A stretch of 42,914 nt of DNA from a virus (taxonomy: Duplodnaviria > Caudoviricetes): positions 1 through 42,914 of the IMG/VR virus record IMGVR_UViG_3300017780_004315, one strand, 5' to 3'. A program made the position numbers and the translations under genes. The notes under the pieces were generated by a model that had not been told where the DNA came from, did not search any database, and was given only the letters and a program-made list of their open reading frames with translations. Positions 8,453 to 16,342 of this stretch are shown here, one piece after another. Each line of letters starts with the position of its first letter. The stretch's first letter is position 1.

Positions 8453-8872
8453 TTACTTCGTAGTCCTCGGCTTTGGATTCATCGCCAGTGCAAGACGCTC
8501 AACGTCCTCGTCACGCAGTACAAACTGCTCCTGCTCCAGTGCGACAATGAGGTCTGCCTGTAGTTCCTCAATCTTCGCTTCGAGTTCATCGACTCGCTCC
8601 GTAAGTTCCTTCTTTTCCATGATCGCATCCATCCACTCGTCAGAGGTAACGGGGACAAAAGGTGATCCGGGCTTGCCAAGCATGTGCTTGATCCACTCAC
8701 GGCTCTGGTACAAGGTGTTGTTACGCAGTTCCATGTTGGCTGCGGCGTTCGGGTCTGCGTCGTAGTACGACCAGTTGTGCTCGAAGTACGGGCCTGCGTC
8801 GTCTGACGACGCTCCGGTGCGGTGGCATCGGCGCGGAAGGTGCAGTGGAGAATCAACCCAGCGGTCTGACAT
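8453..8872 (-). CDS. First gene of the minus-strand arm; coiled-coil protein
   Basis: The likely start is ATG 8872 (MSDRWVD) after GGGGGG, which avoids overlap with terL; C-terminal heptads ELTERVDELEAKIEELQADL. Confidence 0.7.
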   Translation of the reverse strand: MSDRWVDSPLHLPRRCHRTGASSDDAGPYFEHNWSYYDADPNAAANMELRNNTLYQSREWIKHMLGKPGSPFVPVTSDEWMDAIMEKKELTERVDELEAKIEELQADLIVALEQEQFVLRDEDVERLALAMNPKPRTTK

Positions 8873-8940
8873 CGGAGATATACCCCCCGTTCGACTTACG
8901 TCGCTATACAATACAACAGCGAGGTACAACTGGGGGATGA
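8873..8940. promoter_or_regulatory. Divergent promoter region between the late arm and terL
   Basis: 68-bp gap between head-to-head starts; TACAAT (+, 8907-8912) overlaps TATTGT (-) inside a tcgct/agcga inverted repeat. Confidence 0.5.
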
Positions 8941-10395
8941 ATGAACGTTGATGTCTGGGCTGGTTACCATCCGCTTCCTGCACAGGAGGCGTTCCACCGT
9001 TCGACGAAGAAGTGGCGTCTTTACGCTGGCGCAGTCGGCGCTGGTAAGACGAAAGCCGGGTCTCGGGAAGCGATTCGCACAGCGATCGAATACCCGAACA
9101 GCCTCGGCATCATTGGGCGTAAGGAATACCGCCCGCTGATGGACTCTACATGGAGGACTTTCCTTCGTGAACTTGATATGACAGGACTCATTGAGTCTGG
9201 TCTTGCGAAAGTAACGGGAGGAAAGGCTGCGTCTGCTCCGCCTCACGTAAAGTTCTGGAACGGATCGGAGATCATGTTCCGTAACGCAAAGAGCGAGCAG
9301 AACTTCCTTGGTGTGGAACCTGACTGGGTGTATCTGGACGAGGGTTCCGAGATTTCAGACGAGGTGTACGAGATGCTCGGCGCTGGCCGTCTGCGTGGCA
9401 CGCCGAACCCGCAGGGGAGGACGGCCTCGACTCAGATTATCAATGGCAAGGAGGTCGATGTACGTGTCTCTGGCCCACTGCGTATCTGGGTAACGTGCAA
9501 CCCCGGCCCATCGACGTTCATCCGCAAGAACTTCGTGCCTCCGGGCTGCGCTGGCAAGCGGACCGATGGGTTCGAGGTGTTCGCTGCGCGGACCGACGAA
9601 AATCCATATCTCCCACCGGAATACGTCGAAGAAATCAAGAAGCGATTTAGCGGGGCACGCCACGCTGCGTACGTACGCGGTGACTGGGGCGCGTTCGAGG
9701 GGCAGGTCTTCACTGAGTTCGACGAGAACGTCCACATCATCGATAACGTGGACGCAGAGACGCTGCGGGGCAAACTCATCATTGAGGGATGGGACTTCGG
9801 GCGTGCCGTCGAAACTGCGGTCATCTGGATGGCGGTGGACGAGGAGGGCGAAGACCCGATCGTCGTGTTCGCGGACTACGGAGTCGCGGAACTGGAGCCA
9901 TCTGAGCACGCGAAGAACGTCAAGGAGATGCGCAGGCGGTTCGGCATCAAGGAAGTTATGGCGATCGGCGACCCCGCTGGGCGTGCCAGAGGCGCATCCG
10001 GTTCGTACATGGAGGAGTACGCACGGCAGGGTATTTACATCGCTCCGTGCGATAAGGGCAAGCGACAGGGGATTCGGGACCAGCGACTCGCCCAGTTGCT
10101 GGCGTCTCGTCTCGTCAGGCGAGACGGTCGCGGTCCTGCGATCGTTATCTGCCGCAGATGCGAGGGATTGGTCGAATCCATCACTTCCGCACGCTACCGA
10201 TCCGGGACTCGGGTGGACAGGGACCGCCCAGATGAGCGCGTAAAGAAGGGAGACCACCGTTTGGACGCCTTAGAGTACGCACTTATGGTCTCACCGCCCC
10301 CAAGAGAGACTGCTGACGATGGAAAGTGGCGAGAATACCTTGATTCGGGGCTTATTGCACCGGGAGTGAACGAACTGCGGGCTTCGAGGGGCTAG
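8941..10395 (+). CDS. terL: Terminase large subunit
   Basis: Walker A GAVGAGKT, Walker B VYLDE, TCNP coupling motif, nuclease motifs GWDFG, GDPAG and DHRLDALEY. Confidence 0.95.
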   Translation: MNVDVWAGYHPLPAQEAFHRSTKKWRLYAGAVGAGKTKAGSREAIRTAIEYPNSLGIIGRKEYRPLMDSTWRTFLRELDMTGLIESGLAKVTGGKAASAPPHVKFWNGSEIMFRNAKSEQNFLGVEPDWVYLDEGSEISDEVYEMLGAGRLRGTPNPQGRTASTQIINGKEVDVRVSGPLRIWVTCNPGPSTFIRKNFVPPGCAGKRTDGFEVFAARTDENPYLPPEYVEEIKKRFSGARHAAYVRGDWGAFEGQVFTEFDENVHIIDNVDAETLRGKLIIEGWDFGRAVETAVIWMAVDEEGEDPIVVFADYGVAELEPSEHAKNVKEMRRRFGIKEVMAIGDPAGRARGASGSYMEEYARQGIYIAPCDKGKRQGIRDQRLAQLLASRLVRRDGRGPAIVICRRCEGLVESITSARYRSGTRVDRDRPDERVKKGDHRLDALEYALMVSPPPRETADDGKWREYLDSGLIAPGVNELRASRG

Positions 10396-10579
10396 ATTCG
10401 GCGGTTCGGCGGGGCGTTGGGGCGTTTCTAAGCCGTTTTGTTTGTAAAACGGGAAAATGGCTCCGGGTTTATGCGCCTAAGGGCATCTATTACATGCGCA
10501 CGCGCCCGTACGCGGAGGGGGGACCCCCCTCCCCCCCCCTTATGTTGATCCGCGTCGTGCGCGCACGTGGGACCGTCCC

Positions 10580-10620
10580 GGAATGTGCCGATTTGCAGGC
10601 ACTTTGCAATAGTGCATAGT
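10580..10620 (+). promoter_or_regulatory. Early promoter P1
   Basis: ggaatgtgccgatttgcaggcactttgca-atagtg-CATAGT aligns without gaps to P2 and P3. Confidence 0.7.
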
Positions 10621-10670
10621 TCAGTTATCGCCGAGCAACCAGCCCGGCACGCACACACGGAGGCACCACG

Positions 10671-11066
10671 ATGGCTACGAAGATTCTCACAGACGCGGAA
10701 ATGCTCACGCTCGCACAGCACGTACGGGCAAACGACCTGCTCCTCGCAGGCCGACTCCGCGAGGACGCGCCCCCGCTTGCGGGCGGATGGCGCTACCTTC
10801 TCGCCGACGCGATGGGCGTCGCACGCACGAAGGCGAACCACGCGACCGTGCCCACGGCCGAGGTGAACCGGCTCCGCGAGATTGACCTCGCCGCTCGCAA
10901 GGCCGCGAGCGCGAAGGCGAAGCCCGCGAAGGCGAAGGCCGCTCGCAAGCCCGCGAAGGCGAAGGCCGAGCAGGTCGTCGAGATCGCCCCGCCCGCAAGC
11001 GTGGAAACGCGGGTGGACGCGATGGAGGTCATGCTCGCCCGGATCGTCGCGCACATCGGCGCATAG
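10671..11066 (+). CDS. Monocistronic early protein with a Lys/Ala-rich linker
   Basis: GGAGG RBS, own promoter and terminator; AARKAASAKAKPAKAKAARKPAKAKA segment. Confidence 0.85.
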   Translation: MATKILTDAEMLTLAQHVRANDLLLAGRLREDAPPLAGGWRYLLADAMGVARTKANHATVPTAEVNRLREIDLAARKAASAKAKPAKAKAARKPAKAKAEQVVEIAPPASVETRVDAMEVMLARIVAHIGA

Positions 11067-11094
11067 CCGCTCGCAAAGCGGTCGGTTTGCGATC

Positions 11095-11141
11095 AGCCCC
11101 TCACGTTCGGACGTTACGTCCGGGCGTGGGGGGCTTTTTTT
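11095..11141 (+). terminator. Intrinsic terminator
   Basis: Stem of about 19 bp with G-U pairs (agcccctcacgttcggacg / cgtccgggcgtggggggct) followed by a T tract. Confidence 0.85.
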
Positions 11142-11407
11142 GTGCCCGAATACGGGCGCACGAAGGACGCCATACGTACACGCGGGCGTGAGGAATCATG
11201 GGCGCAGTGACGCTCCCGATCACACGCCCGCACGTGACCATCGCGGGGGGGCGTTAGCCCCCCGCGTGGTTACGTCCGGGCGGTGTGGAGAGTCACGTGG
11301 TGGTTGCGTACGGTTCACACGTGGGCAGGTGTGAATGTGTGACTCCACACTAGTGGAGTAACACGTTTCGAGTCACGTTCGATTACGTGCCCGCGAGTCA
11401 CAACAAC

Positions 11408-11437
11408 GGTCACACGTGGTAACACGTGGTCACACGT
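11408..11437. repeat. 10-bp tandem repeat x3 (GGTMACACGT)
   Basis: ggtcacacgt ggtaacacgt ggtcacacgt, with degenerate copies upstream. Confidence 0.85.
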
Positions 11438-11470
11438 AACGCCTCGCCGCGCCCGCGATCCAGCGCCACC

Positions 11471-11511
11471 AGAAAGTGGCTCTGAGCAGGGGATTACCAA
11501 TAGTGTAGGCT
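11471..11511 (+). promoter_or_regulatory. Early promoter P2
   Basis: agaaagtggctctgagcaggggattacca-atagtg-TAGGCT, with the same spacing as P1 and P3. Confidence 0.7.
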
Positions 11512-11562
11512 GATTGGGAAGGCCGGGGATGATCTCTGGCCACGATCATGGGAGGTTACACG

Positions 11563-11766
11563 ATGGACAGTCTCACCGATTACGACACGTACATGAAGCA
11601 GGCTCCGTTCACCAACGTGGACGTCGATGAGAAGTTTCGCCGCGTCGCACGCCGCGACAACGCGAAGCGGAAGGACCACCGCAGCACCGGCGTCACGTTC
11701 GAGCGTGTCGCCGTTCCGTACACGAGGACGGTCAAGCACCGTCTCACGAACAACGAGGAGGCATAG
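11563..11766 (+). CDS. Small early hypothetical protein
   Basis: GGAGGT RBS before ATG 11563. Confidence 0.75.
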   Translation: MDSLTDYDTYMKQAPFTNVDVDEKFRRVARRDNAKRKDHRSTGVTFERVAVPYTRTVKHRLTNNEEA

Positions 11767-11768
11767 CA

Positions 11769-12164
11769 ATGGCACGGGCCGCATACCCGCACATGTTCTT
11801 TACGTGGGAGGAGATGAACCACGCTTTGCAGGACGTCATGCGTTACGCATCCACGCTTGACGAGGCGCTGCACACTGGCACTGTCGCCACGCTTGGCACC
11901 GTGTACGAGCGCATCGCAAGTGTCATGGACTTCATCACGGAGCGTTCGATCGAGATGAACACGTACGAGGATGAGTCCGACCACAAGCACCCCATCCCGT
12001 TCACGAACCACGAGTTCGGCGTCCTCACCACCGCGATGAAGCACTACTCCGGCGATACCCCGGCGCGTACCGGGTGGCAGGGGTCGCTCACCGCCGAGTT
12101 CTACGCAAAGGTGGACGCCGCACGTGAGGCGGTCGCCACCACATCAACGCACGAGGAGGCATAG
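11769..12164 (+). CDS. Early hypothetical protein
   Basis: GAGGAGG RBS; 131 aa. Confidence 0.8.
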   Translation: MARAAYPHMFFTWEEMNHALQDVMRYASTLDEALHTGTVATLGTVYERIASVMDFITERSIEMNTYEDESDHKHPIPFTNHEFGVLTTAMKHYSGDTPARTGWQGSLTAEFYAKVDAAREAVATTSTHEEA

Positions 12165-12166
12165 CA

Positions 12167-12379
12167 ATGTCATTCACGCGTAAGCACTTCGAGTCGATCG
12201 CACAGGTGATCTCCGAGAACACACGCAAGGACCGCGACCTCGGGTGGACCATCGCCGCGCCCGAGTTGATCGACGCGCTCGTGGAGATGTTCGACGACGA
12301 CAACGCACGGTTCGACGCCGCACGGTTCCGCAAGGCGTGCGAGCGGCACGCGTTCCACGATGAGGGAGGCAACGCATGA
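12167..12379 (+). CDS. Conserved small early phage protein
   Basis: TRKHFESIA...DDNARFDAARFRKAC resembles the widespread TRKDY...DNPRFDR.RF..AC family; GAGGAGG RBS. Confidence 0.8.
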   Translation: MSFTRKHFESIAQVISENTRKDRDLGWTIAAPELIDALVEMFDDDNARFDAARFRKACERHAFHDEGGNA

Positions 12380-12678
12380 ATCGCTGGACGAACGTACGCG
12401 TGGCGACCACCACACGTAGCAGGACCGCAACGCCCACACGGGTGAAGGACTACGTGCCCGGACCCTTCCCGTGGACGGAGAGGGAGGGTCGGGCGTGCTT
12501 CGAGGCACACGCATGGGCGGGGGGCGCATCGCTTGCGATGGCCCTGCTCATGGCGCACCGTGAGGCACGCCCACCATGCTGGCCACCCGCACACGTAGTG
12601 GACGCGGAAACCGCGCTGCTCGTGCTGCTCAACAAGACGGCGCGCATCAAGCGCCTGCACACGGAGGTGTACGCATGA
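12376..12678 (+). CDS. Early hypothetical protein
   Basis: ATGA overlap and GGGAGG RBS. Confidence 0.65.
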   Translation: MNRWTNVRVATTTRSRTATPTRVKDYVPGPFPWTEREGRACFEAHAWAGGASLAMALLMAHREARPPCWPPAHVVDAETALLVLLNKTARIKRLHTEVYA

Positions 12679-13034
12679 AGAACGTGACGGTGGACAGGGA
12701 GGACGCGACCGCGATGCAGGACGCGTGCCTCACCACGAGGGACAACGGCATCGCGCACATGGAGGGTACGAACCCCCGCCAGCGGGCACGGGCACGCATC
12801 AGCACATGCGCGGGGCAGGCAGCAGACGCGATCGAACGTGGGTTCCTCACGAGTAGCGGCCCGCTCGTGACGTTCGCGTTGGACGACAGGCAGGCCGACG
12901 CGATGGAGTGGGCGCTGTGCTGCTACCGATGCACGTGCTACGACAGGCGCAGGAACCGCCGCGCCTGCATGTACATCAGGTTCGCCAACGCGTGGGGCAA
13001 CCAGCCCGGCGACAACGTGGACGTACACGCATGA
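12675..13034 (+). CDS. Early protein with a Cys cluster
   Basis: ATGA overlap at 12675, GGAGGTG RBS; CCYRCTC...C near the C-terminus. Confidence 0.7.
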   Translation: MKNVTVDREDATAMQDACLTTRDNGIAHMEGTNPRQRARARISTCAGQAADAIERGFLTSSGPLVTFALDDRQADAMEWALCCYRCTCYDRRRNRRACMYIRFANAWGNQPGDNVDVHA

Positions 13035-13189
13035 GCCGCCGCGCAAGGGCATACACGTACCTCGCACTCGTGGCAATCGCCCTCGTGTTCTCATTGTGGG
13101 CGATCGGGCGGGCGTGGGACTACACGATAGACACGTACAACGCACCAGCGCCTGTGCTGGCGCACACAGCAGAGGAAAGTGCCGATTAG
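13031..13189 (+). CDS. Small membrane protein (52 aa)
   Basis: ATGA overlap; predicted TM helix YLALVAIALVFSLWAIG. Confidence 0.65.
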   Translation: MSRRARAYTYLALVAIALVFSLWAIGRAWDYTIDTYNAPAPVLAHTAEESAD

Positions 13190-13214
13190 CAGGCACTTTG
13201 CACCATGCTACAGT
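13174..13214 (+). promoter_or_regulatory. Early promoter P3 with an 8-bp inverted repeat
   Basis: aaagtgcc-N8-ggcacttt followed by extended -10 TGcTACAGT; 23/24 nt identical to P1 over the core. Confidence 0.75.
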
Positions 13215-13266
13215 GTATTCAGTCGGTGGGATCGGCCCGCCGCATCCGAGCAGGAGGTTACACGCA

Positions 13267-14373
13267 ATGCCTAGCGTCACTCTCACACCGGACGGAACCG
13301 GCAACGCTTGCCTCACCGTGGACGGCACGAACGTCGCCACCGTGAGCATCGGGGCCAACGGAAACGTCGGGGTCATGCTCCCGTCACCAGACACCACCGA
13401 TGTGTACGTCACACGGGATATGTCTGCCAGCCTTGCGAACAAGGGCAAGGGAATCGACATCACGAGTACCCACGTGAGCGGGATGAAGAAGGGTCGCCCG
13501 TCCATCACGATCCCGATTGAGGACGGCGTTCCGACGTCGCCTTCGCCGGGTGCCTTCCCGCTCATCGGGCAGGACGACTACCTGTACGACGTCATGTTCG
13601 GGATGCGTGAGCGTAAGCACATGGCAATCTTCGGGGACACCGGGTGTGGCAAGACCGCGAGCATCGAATGGCTCACGGCGCTGCTCAACTGGAACCTCGT
13701 GATCGTGTCCATCACGCCGGGATCGAATGAGGATTCCTTCATCGGCACACAACTGCCCGCCGCACACGAGGTAACGGGCGCACCGACCGTGGAGTGGGTC
13801 GATCGGATGATCGCATCCGCCGTACGCATGAGCCACGAGAGGCCGACGGTCCTGCTCATCGACGAGATCAACCGCATCCGCGACGTCAATGAGTACGCAT
13901 CACTCATGCCACTGCTGGACGGCACCGCCCGCCTCACGTTGGCAACGGGCGAGACGATCGACAAGGGCGACCTTGTGCTGGTGGCAACGGCCAACCCGCC
14001 GCAGGAGTACGTGGGCACCAACGAACTGGACCCCGCGTTCGAGAACCGCCTGCCGTGGACACCGGCGATCACGTACCCCGCGTTCGGGGACGAGGCGCTG
14101 GCCCTGCTCTCACGTGTCCCGGCACTGGACGCATCGGTAGCACGTGGCATGGCCGAGGTCGTGAGCAAGATTCGCAAGGCCGGTGAGATCACCCACCCCG
14201 TGGGGTTCCGCACGTTGCTCATGTGGGCCGAGGCACTGGTGTCCGGCTGCTACACGTGGGCCGAGTCTGCCGAGCGTGCGTTGGTCGCAAAGTTTCCCGA
14301 GGATGAGCGTCAGCCGGTCCGAAACATCCTCGCAATGTGGAACGTGGACGACGCCGGACTCCCGGTCGCCTAG
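13267..14373 (+). CDS. MoxR/CbbQ/CobS-type AAA+ ATPase
   Basis: GDTGCGKT, LLIDEINR, ATANP and LDPAFENR motifs; AGGAGGT RBS before ATG 13267. Confidence 0.92.
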   Translation: MPSVTLTPDGTGNACLTVDGTNVATVSIGANGNVGVMLPSPDTTDVYVTRDMSASLANKGKGIDITSTHVSGMKKGRPSITIPIEDGVPTSPSPGAFPLIGQDDYLYDVMFGMRERKHMAIFGDTGCGKTASIEWLTALLNWNLVIVSITPGSNEDSFIGTQLPAAHEVTGAPTVEWVDRMIASAVRMSHERPTVLLIDEINRIRDVNEYASLMPLLDGTARLTLATGETIDKGDLVLVATANPPQEYVGTNELDPAFENRLPWTPAITYPAFGDEALALLSRVPALDASVARGMAEVVSKIRKAGEITHPVGFRTLLMWAEALVSGCYTWAESAERALVAKFPEDERQPVRNILAMWNVDDAGLPVA

Positions 14374-14401
14374 TCCACACGAGAGAAAGAGGTAACGCAC
14401 A

Positions 14402-16342
14402 ATGAGCACTACGCAAAGCAACGTCGCACTCGCAACGAGCCTGACCAACGACCCCGCACGTTGGGTCGAGGACTTGGTGAAGCCCGGTCGCTACGGGTAC
14501 GACGCAGGCAGCACGGCACGTGCAGAACGTGAGGTCGCCGCCACGATGAGCGCCATCGTCGGCGACGCACGACCCATCGTCACGAGGCACAACAGGGAGG
14601 CGCGTTGGGCCGTGATGATCGACGAGTCCACGGCCACGCAAGTCACCGTCGTGTGGTCGTCGTACACCGTGAACGAGAACACCACCGGGCATTGGGATCG
14701 CTTGCGTCCCATCCTGCGGGGCGAGGCCGTGATGGTCATGCTCCACGAGATGGGCCACGTGTTGTTCACGGACGAGATCAAGCGGCCCGACTGGTGCGCA
14801 AGCACCCACTGGCGTGACTTCTTCACGGTCGTCAACTTTGCGGAGGACGTACGCATTGAGGACTGCATGGAGGAGGAGGTCCCCGTGTTCCGTATGCTAC
14901 GCAAGATTGAGAACGATCGGATGGTCGCTCCGAACGTTGCGCAGTGGAACATCGTGGGCATGGTACGCAGGGTGTGCTGCTACCTCTTCGCCGAGCGGTC
15001 GTGTTCGTCGGGGGCCACGCTGTATCACCCCGTCGTGAACGCAGCGGAGCAGGTCGTGATCGACGAGTGCCACGACGCGTTCATGGAGGCGTGCGATGCG
15101 ACGGACACGCAGTCGATGATCGACTCATTGGAGCCGGTGTACGACGCGTTGCTCCCGTACATGGACGGCACGATCCAGTACCCCACGCCGACCACGACGG
15201 GCGGCACGGGTACGGACGAGGACGGGGATGAGGACGACGGGGCAGCAGGTCCGGGCACCGGCGAGGACGAGGACGAGGACGGCGAGCAGGGCACGAGTGG
15301 CAACGCCAGCGAGGACGAGGGCGATGGCGATGGCGACACCACCACCGGCGAGCAGGAGGGCGATGGCGAGGGCGAGGGCGAGGATGGCGAGGACGAGGAT
15401 GGCGAAGGCGAGGGGCCAGCGGGTGGGAACGGGGCAGGTGGCGACGAAGGCAACGATATGCCGGACACGGCACGCCCCGATCGCCAGCGTGGGCAGTGGG
15501 AGCAGGACAAGAGCGACGCCCCGCCCCCGAAGAACGACCGCACGAGCGAGGTAATGCAGGGCGAGTTCATCAGCACACGAAAGGGTGCGACCCACCGTTA
15601 CGACGACCCCGGCGCATCGACGAGGATCGCACCGACCACCCGGCTCATCGTGAAGAACCTGCGCCGTGTGTTGCAGGACAATGCGAACGGAGGATGGATC
15701 GGACGCAAGCGACGGGGTGCGTTCGACGCGAGTTCGTCGAAGCGTCTGGCACTCGGCGACCTGCGTGTCTTTCGAGAGAGGACGGGTCCGAAGGGGTCGC
15801 TGGACTACTCCCTTGTGTTGTGTATCGACGCGTCGGGATCGATGCAGGGGTTTCCGGGTATGCGAGCAGCAGACGCAGCCCTCTCCATGTACGACGCCGT
15901 GCGAAGGATCGACGGACTGGACGTCGCCTTGTGTGCGTACGGATGCACGGTGGACTTTGGCATCCCGTTCCCGTCGATGCTCACGAAGCCGCAGATCAAG
16001 CGACTGGAAAGGGTGAACGAACGTATGCTGGCGTGCGTACGGAGCGGGTCAAGCGGCGGCACGAACGAGTCCGACGCCCTTGTGTGGGCACGAGCAGTGA
16101 GCCGCAAGCGGAAGGCCGACACACGGATGATCGTCGTTATCACGGACGGGCAGCCGAACGATCCGAACGAGGTAGAACAGCAGGTTGCGTTGGCATTGCG
16201 AGAGGGCGTCGTTACGGGGGGCATCGGGATCGGCGGAGCCGACCCGTACTACCACACGTATGCGACGTCGATCGCAAGCAGCGAACAGTTGCCGAAGGTA
16301 TTCGGTGACTTCATCCGCACCATGATGAAGGGGGGCAAGTGA
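14402..16342 (+). CDS. CobT-like vWA protein with N-terminal HExxH and acidic linker
   Basis: HEMGH and NFAEDVRIE; long D/E/G linker; MIDAS motifs DASGS, GGT and ITDGQP. Confidence 0.92.
   Translation: MSTTQSNVALATSLTNDPARWVEDLVKPGRYGYDAGSTARAEREVAATMSAIVGDARPIVTRHNREARWAVMIDESTATQVTVVWSSYTVNENTTGHWDRLRPILRGEAVMVMLHEMGHVLFTDEIKRPDWCASTHWRDFFTVVNFAEDVRIEDCMEEEVPVFRMLRKIENDRMVAPNVAQWNIVGMVRRVCCYLFAERSCSSGATLYHPVVNAAEQVVIDECHDAFMEACDATDTQSMIDSLEPVYDALLPYMDGTIQYPTPTTTGGTGTDEDGDEDDGAAGPGTGEDEDEDGEQGTSGNASEDEGDGDGDTTTGEQEGDGEGEGEDGEDEDGEGEGPAGGNGAGGDEGNDMPDTARPDRQRGQWEQDKSDAPPPKNDRTSEVMQGEFISTRKGATHRYDDPGASTRIAPTTRLIVKNLRRVLQDNANGGWIGRKRRGAFDASSSKRLALGDLRVFRERTGPKGSLDYSLVLCIDASGSMQGFPGMRAADAALSMYDAVRRIDGLDVALCAYGCTVDFGIPFPSMLTKPQIKRLERVNERMLACVRSGSSGGTNESDALVWARAVSRKRKADTRMIVVITDGQPNDPNEVEQQVALALREGVVTGGIGIGGADPYYHTYATSIASSEQLPKVFGDFIRTMMKGGK

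Noticed and set aside
8887-8895. ccgttcgac shared with the candidate RNA (19049-19057) as a bridge-RNA-like guide
   Set aside because: A 9-nt match between regions of this size is plausible by chance, and I found no second guide segment.
9355-10257. Long antisense ORFs (also 6080..6973 +, 12450..13565 -, 16249..17271 -, 29939..30772 +)
   Set aside because: They shadow well-supported genes in GC-rich DNA and show no recognisable motifs.
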